Source of the DNA: Lama guanicoe | Taxonomy: Eukaryota | Assembly: GCA_013239625.1 (NCBI GenBank) | Contig: MU053379.1 | Location: forward strand, 1,606,974 to 1,655,367 | Length of the DNA stretch: 48,394 nt | Reading direction: 5' to 3' | In this document: positions 22,958 to 34,479 of the stretch, piece after piece | Layout of the letters: every line of letters begins with the position of its first letter | How positions within the stretch are numbered: the first letter of the stretch is position 1 | The notes under the pieces: generated by a model | What the model was told of the DNA's origin: nothing | The model's database searches: none | The model's input: the letters and a program-made list of their open reading frames with translations, nothing else | Program-made: the position numbers and the translations under genes

Positions 22958-23974
22958 CTTGAAAGAAAAGATAGTAATTTCAGGCAGTTTGTGATTCGAG
23001 ACGTATTATGAAACACGTATTTCCAGGTACATTTTGGGATGTTGTCAGAATAAATCTAATCACTGCCTTATCTCCCCTGGGTTGTTGTGAGGCAAATCTG
23101 TGATCGATGCTAAGTTTGTCTTCATACCATGTCAACCTCCCCATGCCCCGTTCTTCTCACAGATCCGGGGCTCGTGTGCTGTCCAGAGACCCCCTGCGAG
23201 CCCCCCACGGTCCCCTGCCCTCCCTGTGTGCACTCCCGCCCTGCTCACCCCAATGGCCGCCGTCCTGCCCTGGGTCAGTCTCAGCGGGGGCTGTCCAGCA
23301 GGGAGCAGGGCCCAGCGGGGGGCCTTGCGTGAGGATAGGGGGGCAGGAGGGCCTCCAGGATTGGGGTCCAGCGGCTATTCCATAGGTGACAGCCGATGAC
23401 ATGGACATCATTTGCAGATATGAGGGAAAGAGAGACATAAGGAGCACCGGGAGCCAGGGCGTGGTGAGTCTGCCCCACCCAGGCTGCTCGGCTCTGCCAG
23501 AGTGCAAGTGCCAGAATCGTGACTGGCATTTCCAGCTGAGTCTTCCCAATTTGGACACTTTTTCAAACTAAGCAATTTTTAGAGCATGACTCTGGCGTGA
23601 TGGAGCCCACTCCAAAGGTTACTAAGTGTGAGTTTAAACTACAACTGCCTGCAACAGTGTAATATTGGGTTTTTAAAAGCCTCAGAAAATAGCATAGACC
23701 ATGACGTACTTTTAATTCAATTAGAAGCAAATAAAATGAAACATATTTTTTAGAAATACGTATGTGTTACAATCGTATGTAAGAAAATGCAGGTGTTAAG
23801 TCTGCGGTTACCTCAGTTGTGGAGAGAGAGAGATAGAAGGGGGAGAAGCACACAGATAGATGTAAGTTTTGGGCCAACATTTTGGCCTTGTGTTCACGGT
23901 GTATTCATACCGTGAATTATCTTCTATTACTAAAATAATATGAATTAAAATGTACAGGCCAATGATGGATCTGA

Positions 23975-24197
23975 TTAACACTAATTCACATGCCAGATGT
24001 TGTTCTAAGCACCTTGTAAATATCATCAACGTGTTGAACTCTCAGAGCAGCTCTGTGTGGTAGGCATTATTAGTATTTCCATTTCCTTGAGGAAACTGAG
24101 GCACAGAGAGGTCAAGTAAGTGGCCCAACATCACAAAGCCGAGCTGGAGCTCTAACCCAGGCTGTGCTTCTCCAGACTCCTGCTCTCCTAACACCAG
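23975..24197 (-). mobile_element. MIR SINE
   Basis: tgaggaaactgaggcacagagaggtcaagtaagtggcccaacatcaca. Confidence 0.9.
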
Positions 24198-24421
24198 TGT
24201 TAGGATTAATGTACTGCTGTGAACTTGAAGTCTGTAAAGAAAGGGGGGCAAGTTAACTGAAGGAATCGGTTTCTCCACGAAGCAGGGGTAAATATGCAGC
24301 GAAGGAGGGACGCCTGGCTTTAGTGTGGGAACAAAGAGGATGGTTTTGTATAGGACAGCCTTTCAGTTGGTTACCATCTCTAACCTCCCAGGCAAAATAT
24401 TTGCACTTTAGCAAGGCCTTT

Positions 24422-24975
24422 AAAAAAAAAATTTGAAGTATAGTTGATTTAAAATGGTGTGTTAATTTCTAGTGTACAGCAAAGTGATTCCGATACACAC
24501 ACACACACACACACACACATATTCTTTTTCAGATTCTTTTCCATTAGAGGTTATTACAAGATATTGAATATAGTTCCCTGTGCTATGCAGTGGTCCTTGT
24601 TGTTTATCTATTTTATATACAGTAGTGTATATCTGCTAACCCTAAACTTTTAATTTATACCCCTCCCCAACCCCTCCCCCCCAATAATCATGTTTGTTTT
24701 CTATGTCTGTGAGTCTGTTTCTTTTTTGTAAATAAGTTCATTTGTATCATTTTTTTTAGATTCTACTTATAAGTAATATCATTTGATGTTTGTCTTTCTC
24801 TGACGTACTTCACTCAGTATGATTATCTCTATCCATGTTGCTGCAAATGGCACTGCATTGTTCTTTTTTATGGATGAGCAGTATTCCACTGTGTATCTAC
24901 ACCACATCTTCTTTACCCAACTGTCTGTCAGTGGACATTTAGGTTGCTTCCATGTCTTGGCTATTATAAATAGTG
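24422..24975 (-). mobile_element. Cetartiodactyl-type L1 3' end with internal (CA)n and imperfect TSD
   Basis: ttgaagtatagttgattt...gaatatagttccctgtgctatgcag. Flanks agcaaggccttt (24410-24421) / agcaagccttt (24976-24986). Confidence 0.9.
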
Positions 24976-25099
24976 AGCAAGCCTTTTTGGCTTGATGCTA
25001 ACAGTGGGAATTTGTGACATGGGTGATAGGAGGGCGGTCTGTTGATGGAGGGAATCTTTGAACTCTCTTTGGTGGCAATGCTGAGCTGGCCCTGACTAG

Positions 25100-25220
25100 G
25101 TGGATTCAGTGCCTCTCATTGTTTCGTCTCAGGAGCCATCATCTATTGAGCAAATATTGACTTTTTGAATTAACTCGTAATGTCTTCTGCAACAGAAGTC
25201 AGTATTTGTCGATAACATAT
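25100..25220 (-). pseudogene. Candidate exon: (R)YVIDKY*LLLQKTLRVNSKSQYLLNR*... (donor not identified; left coordinate approximate)
   Basis: Acceptor cttaacttagtcactag|A. The phase-2 start continues exon 27162-27242. It lies in the unique gap between two L1 insertions. Confidence 0.45.
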
Positions 25221-25284
25221 CTAGTGACTAAGTTAAGTGAATTCTGCCCATCAAAAGGAGGACCCATGAGGGGTGCCTGCTTTC

Positions 25285-25976
25285 TTTCTTTTTTTTTTTA
25301 ACATTTTTTTATTGATTTATAATCATTTTACAATGTTGTGTCAAATTCCAGTGTACAGCATGATTTTTCAGTTATACATGAACATGTATATATTCATTGT
25401 CACATTTTTTTCTCTGTGAGCTACCGTAAGATCTTGTATCTATTTCCCTGTGCTATACAGTATAATCTTGTTTATCTATTCTACAATTTTGAAATCCCAG
25501 TCTGTCCCTTCCCACCCCCCACCCCCTTGGCAACCACAAGTTTATATTCTATGTCTGTGAGTCTGTTTCTGTTTTGTATTTATGCTTTGTTTGTTTGTTT
25601 TTTTTTAGATTCCACATATGAGTGATCTCATATGGTATTTTTCTTTCTCTTTCTGGCTTACTTCACTTAGAATGACATTCTCCAGGAGCATCCATGTTGT
25701 TGCAAATGGCATTATGTTGTTGGTTTTTATGGCTGAGTAGTATTCCATTGTATAAATATACCACATCTTCTTTATCCAGTCATCTGTTGATGGACATTTA
25801 GGCTATCTCCATGCCTTGGCTGTTGTACATAGTGCTGCTATGAACATTGGGGTGCAGGTGTCATCCTGAAGTAGGGTTCCTTTTGGATATAAGCCCAGGA
25901 GCGGGATTCCTGGGTCATACGGTAAGTCTATTCCCAGTCTTTTGAGGAATCTCCACACTGTTTTCCACAGTGGCTA
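25285..25976 (-). mobile_element. Young L1 3' end (camelid-like), perfect 16-bp TSD
   Basis: T-tail, then aacatttttttattgatttataatcattttacaatgttgtgtcaaattcc. TSD aggggtgcctgctttc at 25269-25284 and 25977-25992. Confidence 0.92.
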
Positions 25977-26004
25977 AGGGGTGCCTGCTTTCAATTTCTT
26001 TTTT

Positions 26005-26140
26005 TTCTTAATGTTAATAATATTTTCATTCATTATGTACATAATGTCATTTCAACATGAAATCAGTATAAAAATTATTGAGATATTTTACATTATTTTT
26101 CTTATTAAATCTTTCAATTTCAGTGTGTTTTATGCACTTA
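26005..26140. mobile_element. MER33-like hAT-Charlie fragment
   Basis: tcatttcaacatgaaatcagtataaaaattattgagatattttacatt. Confidence 0.6.
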
Positions 26141-26149
26141 TATTACAAT

Positions 26150-27053
26150 TTGTTTTGGAACTTTATGGAAGAATAATTGACAAAAAAATTGTACATATTT
26201 AAAGTGTAAAACCTGATGATTTGATATACATATACCACTGCAGAGTGATGACCAAGATCAAGATAACTGACACATCGGTCAGCTCCATAGTTACCTCTGT
26301 GTGTGTATGTGTGTTTGTGTGAGAATGGTTACAATCTACTCTCAGCAGTTTAACTATACTGCACTGCCTACAACTATAGTCACCATATTGTACCTTAGGG
26401 CTTCAGAATTTATTCTTCTTATAATTGAATCACCCCATAACACCCTCTGCCCAGCCCCTGGCAACCCTCATTCTTTTCTCTGTTCTATGAAGTCAGCCTT
26501 TTTTGTTTTTTAGATTCCGTATATAAATGAGGTCATACAATATGTGTCTTTCTCCATCTGGCTTATTTCACTTAGCATAAATCCCTTAAGGTCTGTGCAT
26601 GTCGTAAATGTCAAGATTTCATTCTTTTTTCTGGGTGAATTATATTCCATTGTGCACGTGCACGCGCGCATGCGTGTGTGTGTGTGTATGTGTGTATATA
26701 TCACATTTTAAAAAAATCCATTCATCTGTTGATGGATAATTAAGTTGTTTCCGTATCTCAGCTATTGTGAATTATGCTGCAGTCAACATGGGGGTGCAGA
26801 CGTGTCTTCAAGATACTGATTTCATTTCCTTTGGATAGATATCCAGGAGTGGAATTGCTGGATTGTATGGTAATTCTATTTTTAATTTTTTGAGGACTCT
26901 CCACGGTGTTTTCCGTAGTGGCTGTACCAGTTTACATTCCCACCAACAGTGCACAAGGGTTCCCTTTTGTCCCCATCCTCACCAGCACTTGTTATCTGTT
27001 GTTTTTTGATAATGGCCATTCTTATAGGTGTGAAGTGATATATTATCGTAGTT
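26150..27053 (-). mobile_element. L1MA9-like 3' region
   Basis: aattgacaaaaaaattgtacatatttaaagtgta, ccagcccctggcaacc and acattcccaccaacagtgcacaagggttccc. Confidence 0.88.
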
Positions 27054-27161
27054 GTAAGTCCCCTTTTCTTTTAAGTCAGACACTCTCTGTTCTCTAAGAG
27101 TGGTCCCCGGAAAGGCAGAAGGGCAGAAATAACATTATGCAGGAAATTTGTAGAAATGCAC

Positions 27162-27242
27162 CTCAGCCTGGCTGCTTCCTTCCGGAGCTTTGGGGGTGGG
27201 GCCCAGCCAGCGGTGAGCTGGCAAAGTTTAACAACAGAGTCT
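27162..27242 (-). pseudogene. Exon (81 nt): (K)DSVVKLCQLTAGWAPPPKLRKEAARL(R)
   Basis: Acceptor is a long T run ending tag|A, donor GAG|gtgcat. Open, phase 2 to 2. Confidence 0.62.
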
Positions 27243-27439
27243 CTAAAAAAAAAAAAGCAAATACGTATGTAAATAAGTTTATTATAAATTTTACAGATAT
27301 GCAGGCTAAGTAGCACACAATTTACAAGTAATAATAATAAAATATTCAGTACTCCCTCTTATAAATTTCCTGTAGCACATTGATTTCCTCAGAATATTTA
27401 CATTGATTTTTGCCAAACTTTCGTCTCTCCCCCCAGCCA

Positions 27440-27682
27440 ATAAAACAGCCCCTGCCCACCATCACCTTCTACGACATCACTTTTCCTGTTTCCTTTGTAG
27501 TGCGTAGTAGTCCCAGTAATTATCCTACTTGTCTGGCTTTTACTTGGTTTTTTATTCTCTCCCTCCTGGGATACAAACTCCTTCAGATCCGAGTCCTTGT
27601 CTGTCTTGCACAGGGTTCTGCATCACCAGCATCCAGAACAGGCACATCACAGAGGCTTAATGAGCACTTGTTGAATAAATCA
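27440..27682 (+). mobile_element. L2 3' end
   Basis: agaacaggcacatcacagaggcttaatgagcacttgttgaataaat. Confidence 0.7.
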
Positions 27683-27691
27683 ACCAGTTAC

Positions 27692-27824
27692 TTTAGACTC
27701 AAGAAGACATGTCATTTGAGCAGGTGCACTGGCTGCAATTTTGTTTCAAGAGGATAAACTGAACCATAATTTGGTCTAGGGTTTATCTGGATCTCTATTA
27801 ATAGCTTGCCAAACTGGGCTAAAT
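27692..27824 (-). pseudogene. Exon (133 nt): (D)LAQFGKLLIEIQINPRPNYGSVYPLETKLQPVHLLK*HVFLSL(K)
   Basis: Very strong acceptor ctttgatttttctcttccag|AT, donor AAA|gtaact. Phase 1 to 2 fits both neighbours. One TGA. Confidence 0.7.
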
Positions 27825-28062
27825 CTGGAAGAGAAAAATCAAAGATTCAAAGTTGAAACCTTTTCTCATTCCTCTCTGCCTCTTCAGACAGATTTCTCCC
27901 ATCCTCCCAAACTGAATTTGCCTAAACATTTAAGCACAGCATTAGGTTGGCCAGATCCGAGCACGTGGCACTGGGTTAATTGCCGCTCAAAGCATTTCTT
28001 GTCCTCAGCCTCGGCTTTAAGCAGTGGTTCTCCGCATTTAGCATCATCAGAATTACTGGCTC

Positions 28063-28770
28063 TATGATGTACTGGAGCGATCCAGGGCAGCTCACGACAG
28101 ACGATTGTTAAACTGGTGACAATTTTGCAAGCCAATCGTGAAACACAGTTATCGTTAGAAAAGAAATAAAAAAAATATAATAAAGACATTATGGTTTTTA
28201 ACTATATTAAAAACATTTTCTAACTATTGTACTTCCTGTTTCCATGACGTCACTCTTGAGGACATCTGTCTATCGTGCTGGGTGGTGAAAACAGCATGAA
28301 ACAGGGCCCTGCTGAGCCTCTTCCTCACTCCTGGTCCAGTGTCATGTGGCTTGAAATTGGCCAGGGAAGAAGTATTTACCCCACAGAGGCAGGCACATGC
28401 CACAGGTCCGGACTTGGCATATTATTTTGCTGATTGTCTAGAATTCAGAAAATGATGGAGAAAGTTTTAGTAATACAGAGTAAATGTCAACAGGTCGGCC
28501 TGTAGCTCTTATACTGTGAATAGCGAAAAAAAAAGTAAAGTTTAAAAATTGAAGAAACAGTCTTCCAGTATTTGCACATAAAATCCATTATTTGATTCAG
28601 CAAAGAAGTTGCTCGTGTCACTGACAAACAAGTGCCATTCAGATGCAACATACGTCTTCATTTCTTTCACTTGCATCGTACTCCTCAGTGTAAACAGAAA
28701 TACCAATCAACGTTCACGTCGGAATTACACTGATTCATCAATTGCGGCCGCACGTTGTCTCTGATACAAA
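28063..28770 (+). mobile_element. Arthur1-like hAT-Tip100 DNA transposon
   Basis: tgatgtactggagc...gattgttaaa...aattttgcaagcc and gcttgaaattggcca...agtatttaccccacag match the recalled Arthur1 5' end. Confidence 0.7.
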
Positions 28771-28784
28771 AGTATCCGGGAGGG

Positions 28785-29260
28785 CCTCTTAGAGGAGGTG
28801 ATCGTTCAGTGACGAACTGAATGGCGAAAAGAATCCAGCCGTAGCATTCCGGGGTGAAGAGCATCCAGGCAGAGGGGACGGCAGTTGTAAAGGTCTTGAG
28901 GTGCAAACAGCCTTGCTGTGTGTAAGGCCTGCCTGGCAAGGAGGCCAACAGGCCTGGGACAGTGTGAACAAGGTGGGGAAGACAGGAGATTTGTCAGAAA
29001 GCAGACGGCAGGGGCCAGATCAGGTGAGGCCTTCTAGGCCACAGCAAATGTTTAGGATTTCATTCTAAGTGATGGGAAGCCTTTGGGAGGCTTAAAGCAA
29101 GGGCGTGATTGGTCTCATTTCTGCTTTAAAAAGATCACCGGCTGCTGAGTGGAGAATGGGCTGTATGTAGATAGCAAGAGAGGAAGCCGGGAAATGCATC
29201 GGGGGACTTGCAGGAGTCCGTGGACCAGATACGGTGGTTCGGGATGGAAGTGGCCCGGGT
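28785..29260 (-). mobile_element. L2 fragment
   Basis: gaagagcatccaggcagagggg, tttcattctaagtgatgggaagcc and ttaaaaagatcaccggctgctg. Confidence 0.8.
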
Positions 29261-29389
29261 CGGGGGGCTTTATAGGGAAGAGCAGATTGGATGACAAATT
29301 CTTTATGAGAATAAAAGGAACCATTAACCCTACCATCTTTAAGCAAAATGGACTAGAAATCTCCGTGTGCATGCCTGCTAACACCTCAC

Positions 29390-29446
29390 CCACATTGGTC
29401 AATCTACTGCTTTCTACCTTCTTTACAGAATCATGTTTACAGTGTC
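29390..29446 (-). pseudogene. Exon (57 nt): (R)HCKHDSVKKVESSRLTNV(D)
   Basis: Acceptor catcaccctcctag|GA, donor TGG|gtgagg. Open, phase 1 to 1. Confidence 0.7.
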
Positions 29447-29953
29447 CTAGGAGGGTGATGGCCTCTTCCTGGGGTGGGTGCCCAAGGAGGCACCATTCAG
29501 AAGGGACTCCGTGAAGACGAACGCCACGGGCTTAGGTCGACAAGGGCCGAGCAGGAGTGGGGAAGACCAGCCGCCCCTTGCACCTGTGTGCGAGGGGGAG
29601 CAGCTGTACCGGTGTGTCTTTGTGCCCTTTCCACCCTGCCTGAACTGGGCAGGCGAGCCCCCCGCTCGCATCTGGGGACTCCACTTTTCCCATGGAACCG
29701 GGCCAGGTCGGGGTGTGCATTTGGTCAGCAGTGGGCCTGACTCCCTAAGGACTCTGGCCTGCGGTGGCTTCAGCTGCGGCTGATTGACAGATGTCCTCTG
29801 GTGTGCATGGAACAGGAGCTGTGACCGGGAGGTGCACGGAGATCCTCAGCCTGCTGCTGCGGTCGTTACTAGGCTGTGTATTTTGTAATTGTTTCACATA
29901 CAGCTTTATTCACTGATTTAAAAAAGAAACGGACACAGTAGCACCTCATTTAC

Positions 29954-30072
29954 TGTGCACTCTCTGAGAATGTGGCATTTCACGTAAATGCACTTTTCCT
30001 ATATGCCTTAAAGTGTCAAGGCAGCTTTTTTCCCACCATGAGTGGTTTTGAGCATTTTGGGGAGAAGTCTTT
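29954..30072 (-). pseudogene. Exon (119 nt): KTSPQNAQNHSWWEKSCLDTLRHIGKVHLREMPHSQRVH
   Basis: Acceptor ctcacctgctttag|A, donor ACA|gtaaat. Open, phase 2 to 1. Confidence 0.65.
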
Positions 30073-30314
30073 CTAAAGCAGGTGAGGCCCTTAAGCAGCA
30101 CGTCCACGTGGTTTAACTTCCCCTGAGGACTCACGTCCGCCATCGTGACGGGAGTGACTCCTTCGCACCGTGACACAGCGACACAGCAGCTCCACGCCCG
30201 AGGAAGCTGGCCTCCGTGTGAATCCCTTCATCCCCTTGCTCCTTCTGTGCAGAATCAGACCCTCCGTCCAGGGGTGTTCATCGCCAGCACCTACTCATAG
30301 AGCCCAGGGGTCAC

Positions 30315-30472
30315 CCTTCACTGCTTCTTGTCAGCAGATTGGTGCTTTTACGAAGATGGCTTTTATTTGGGAGGTTTTGTTTAAGTTAGCTGGCCTGCTG
30401 TTCCTGAAAGCTGGAGTCTCCAGAAGCGATGACTGTGCTTTCTTTTCTTTTCTTTTCTTTTTATAAATCCAT
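30315..30472 (-). pseudogene. Candidate exon (158 nt), K/S/Q-rich: ...KEKKRKESTVIASGDSSFQEQQAS*LKQNLPNKSHLRKSTNLLTRSSE(G)
   Basis: Acceptor cattctactcag|AT, donor AGG|gtgacc (phase 2 fits the next exon). Contains TAA stop(s) and an (AAAAG)n tract. Confidence 0.48.
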
Positions 30473-30873
30473 CTGAGTAGAATGCTCTCTGTGTGACCCA
30501 CCTACATATGAGTATTATTGATTAATACAAAACCTCTTTATTACTGGTCCTGGTGCATATAAACTGAGGAATACAGGCGAGTCATCAGAATGAGAAAGAA
30601 AAATGCCTCCTGGGTCATCCAAGCAGAAGCCGAAGGAAGAAGCTGACTCAGGGGCAGACCGGGAACCCCTCAGGATGAAAAACAAGATCCGGAAGACCAG
30701 TGTCACCGGGCCCTGCCACTGAGGCCACGGGTCCAGCAGCCACGAGTGGGGAGCCTTGGGGGGCCGTCACAGCTGCAGTGCACTGCCTGTTTTCTCAGAA
30801 CTGGTTTGTGCCCTGAAAACACCCTGCCTCCTAGGGGAGGTGACATCACGAAATCTTCTAAAGGGTCCCCTAC

Positions 30874-30942
30874 CCTGCTAGGATGTGGAGGAGCTGCCTT
30901 GCTCCCGAGTTTGTGCTGGGAAGAATTTGATGCAGGCATTTA
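30874..30942 (-). pseudogene. Candidate exon (69 nt): (V)NACIKFFPAQTREQGSSSTS*Q (frame tentative)
   Basis: Strong acceptor gtttctgttttccag|TA, donor AGG|gtaggg. Confidence 0.52.
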
Positions 30943-31257
30943 CTGGAAAACAGAAACGACGTCTTTCTTCCAGTCCCTGGGTTTTGGCGAGCGGAAGCCT
31001 CTTGCCAGTGCACTGGGGTGGACGTCCTTAGCTCAGCAGCAGCTAAGCTCCAACAGCAGGCTCGCGGGCGGCACGTGGGACGGGCCTCTCCGGGCGGCCA
31101 GACCCCAGACGTGCTGGTGGGAAGGGTCAGGGCTGCCGTCTGAACCAGACGGAGGAGCGAGGGGCCCAGAAAGTGTCCCTGTTTTGCCGGCTGTTTGTTC
31201 TCTTCCTTTGGGGAAATATGTACTTATTTTGTAGCTATTTATACACAGATGCAGGTA

Positions 31258-32932
31258 ATTTTTCTTTTTTTTTTAAATTGAAGTACGGAGTTGGGTTATA
31301 ATGTTGTGTTAGTTTCTGGTGTATGGCAAAGTGATTCATTATACACATGTATCTATTCTTTTTCATATTCTGTTCCATTATAGATTATTGTAAGATACTG
31401 AATATAGTTCCCTGTGCTCTGCAGTAGGACCTTGATGGAGTCTATTTTATATGTAGTGGTGTGTATCTGTTAATCCCAAACTCCTCATTTATTCTTCCCT
31501 TCTGTCCCTTTCCCCTTTGGTAACCATAGGCTTGTTTTTGATGTCTATGAGTCTGTTTCTGTTTGGTAAATAAATTCATTTGTATCATTTTTTTAGATTC
31601 CACATATAAGCAATATCGTATAATATTTGCCTTTCTCTGTCTGACTGACTTCACTTAGTATGATAATCTCTGGGTCCATCCATGTTGTTGCAAATGGCAA
31701 TATTTCATTCTTTTTTGTGACTGAGTAATATTCCATTGCATACATATACCACATCTGCTTTATCCAGTCATTTGTTGATAGTTACTTAGGTGGCTTCCAT
31801 GTCTTGGCTATTGTAAATAGTGCTGCTGTGAACATTGGGGTGCATATGTCTTTTTGGATTATATGCCCAGGGGTGGGACTGCTGGATCATATGGTAAGCC
31901 TATTTTTAGTTTTTTAAAGAACCTCCATACTGTCCTCCATAGTGGCTGCACTGATTTACATTCCCACCAACAGTGCAGGAGGGCTCCCTTCTCCACATCC
32001 TCTCCAGAACTCATTATCTGTGGACTTTTTGATGACAGCCATTCTGACTTACCTCGCTGTAGTTTTGATTTGCATTTCTCTAATAATTAGTGACGTCGAG
32101 CATCTTTTCACGTGCCTGTTGGCCACCTGTATGTCTTCTTTGGAGAGGTGTCTGTTTATGTCTTCTGCCCACTTTTTGATTGGGTGGTTAGCTTTTTTGG
32201 TATTGAGCTGTATGAGCAGTTTGTATATTTTGGAAATTAAGCCCCTGTCATTTGCATAGTTTGCGAGAATTTTCTCCCATCCCGTAGGTAGTCTTTTTCA
32301 TTTTGTTTATGGCTTCCTTTGCTGTGCTAAAGCTTGTAAGTTGGATTAGGTCCCATTTGTTTGTCTTTGCTTTTATTTCTTTTGCCTTAGGAGACTGACT
32401 CAAGACAACACTGCTACAATTTATGCCAGAGAATGTCTTGCCTGTGTTCTCTTCTAGGAGTTTTAGGTGTCATGTCTTATGTTTAAGTTTTTAAGCCATT
32501 TTGAGTTTATTTTTGTGTATGGCGTGAGGGAGTGTTCTGACTTCACTGATTTACACGTGACTCTCCAACTTCCCCAGCACCACTTGCTGAAGAGACTATC
32601 TTTTCTCCATTGTGTATTCTTGTCTCTTTTGTTAAAGATTAATTGGCCATAGGTCTGTGTTTCTGGACTCTCTACTCTGTTCCTTTGGTCCACGTGTCTG
32701 TTTTTGTGCCAGTATTATGCCGTTTTGCTTACTGTAGTTTTGCAGCATTGTCTGATGTCTGGGAGGGTTATACCTCCAGCTTTGTTCTTTTTCCTCAGGA
32801 TTGCTTTGGCAATTCTGGGTCTTTCATGATTCCATATAAATTTTATGATTATTTGTTCAATTTCTGTGAAAAATGTCCTAGGTAATTTGATCAGGGTCAC
32901 AGCAAATCTTTAGATGGTTTTGGATAGTATGG
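31258..32932 (-). mobile_element. L1 3' ~1.7 kb (ORF2 C-terminus relic plus 3' UTR)
   Basis: ORF-track peptides [45 protein letters not shown] and YGQLIFNK...[13 protein letters not shown] are L1 ORF2. T-tail at left. Confidence 0.95.
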
Positions 32933-33224
32933 TTTTCTCTTTTAGAGAGAAAGGTCGAAGATTGTCATTGCCTGTTACATCAAACTGAAACCGTTTGGTC
33001 CTTCCTCGGCTTTCTGTGGTGACTGGCTTCACAAGGCACTAACCAAACAGGTGTGGGTTGGACAGGATGGGGCCGTCTAAGCTTGGGCAAAGGCGCTTTC
33101 CCCGATGGGGGCAAGGAACAGGGATGCCCTAGACAGTTGACTTTTACTTAAAGAGAAATCCATGGTCTAAAGACTTTCCTTTGTTGCTTGTTTTTCCCCT
33201 CGGCCCGAAGGACGGGCACTTCAC

Positions 33225-33367
33225 CTGGCTTGCAGGGCAGGCCTGTTGGCAAAGTCTTTGTGTCCTGTAAACTGTTGAATTGAATCTTTTCAGCCATTAT
33301 TGACCTTAGTTTATGGAGTGTCTCTATGAGTAAAACTCCGTGCTGGTTATAGAAACAAGAGGAATGC
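33225..33367 (-). pseudogene. Exon (143 nt): HSSCFYNQHGVLLIETLHKLRSIMAEKIQFNSLQDTKTLPTGLPCKP
   Basis: Acceptor ccttgtttaatgtttag|G (an alternative AG lies 25 nt downstream), donor CAG|gtgaag. Open frame. Confidence 0.58.
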
Positions 33368-33548
33368 CTAAACATTAAACAAGGCAAAACCAAAATAGAA
33401 CAACAAAACAACCAACTAACCAAACAAAGTAACCCCCTCCCCTGCAAAAAAAAAAAAACAAACAAACCCAGCCACCATCCCACCGCTCCTCCTCCCTGCC
33501 CCCTGCGGTGTTAGCACAGCCATTTCATTGCCATCTCTTTTCTCTTAC

Positions 33549-34466
33549 TTGGATGTTTGTGGCTTTGTTGAGCGGAGGGGCTTATGGATTTCCTGAGCGG
33601 GAGATTATTAGTGCTTTATGCCCAAATAATATGGCCAGAATATCTCTGTTTTCTAGGTGCAGGGAACGCTGTATGTAAATTGCAGCCATCCAGTGAGTGC
33701 TTAACAAAGAGCTTTTTGAACACTGCATTTTGCTTGTGGAGGGAAAAAATGCCTGCATTTAACTTCTTCCTCCTAATCTTCGGCTGACAGAAACCAGGAA
33801 ACTGCTCAGTTTCATATGTTTACTTCAGAATACCCCACTGCAGCCAAGTGACTGACTGCTCCATTTTGCAAACCCAAGGCACCACCATCAAGCTGCACTT
33901 CTTGTCTTTCCCTCTGTTGGCTGATGCTTCTGTCCAAAAGGCAGGCTCTCAACAATCGCATTCTGATTGACTGACCTGGATTTCTGCAGGAAGCTGAACA
34001 GCAAAGCCAAATGAATTTGACCAGAACTTGCTTTGCTGGGGTTTTTAGTCTCTTTCAGAAACAAGCCTGGGACGCATTTTATGAGAGGGCTGAAGAATGT
34101 CAACAACAACGGTACAAGTGAGAGTCACCGTAGGGAGGGTTTTGGAGCTGGATGAAATCTCAGGCTGTCTGCCCTAAGTGCTCAGCTATTCAAGGAGACT
34201 CATGGTCTTCTTTTAGGGGCACCTGTTGAGACCAAGTTTCTAAGTTCATAAAACCGCAGTCCTCTGAACAATCAGAGATGGTCTTTGACTCTGTGTTCAC
34301 CATGATATTTGTTCTGGATTGAATCTCAAGCCATTTCAATCCATCTAACCAAGGAGCCTGGTATCCGAAGTGAGGTGTGGTCCCGTGGACTTACTTCATA
34401 ATGATCCTTGGTAGTGCTGGGGGTAAAATCGAGGGATTCATCACCTCTTGACTGCTCTCATGGACC
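33549..34466 (-). pseudogene. Decayed exon cluster or one large exon; internal boundaries unresolved
   Basis: Strong donors CAA|gtaaga (exon end 33549) and GAA|gtaagt (34395), several acceptors, and protein-like stretches such as GLKWLEIQSRTNIMVNTESKTISDCSEDCGFMNLETWSQQVPLKEDHESP broken by stops. Confidence 0.42.
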
Positions 34467-34479
34467 CTGGTCAAGACCA

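Noticed and set aside
29376..29610. Apparent strong plus-strand acceptor (ctactgctttctaccttctttacag at 29428) and exon
   Set aside because: All three + frames hit stops, and the pyrimidine tract is simply the complement of the purine-rich minus-strand exon 29390-29446.
30527..30532. Minus-strand AATAAA as a gene end
   Set aside because: It falls in a predicted intron with no terminal exon before it; at most a cryptic site.
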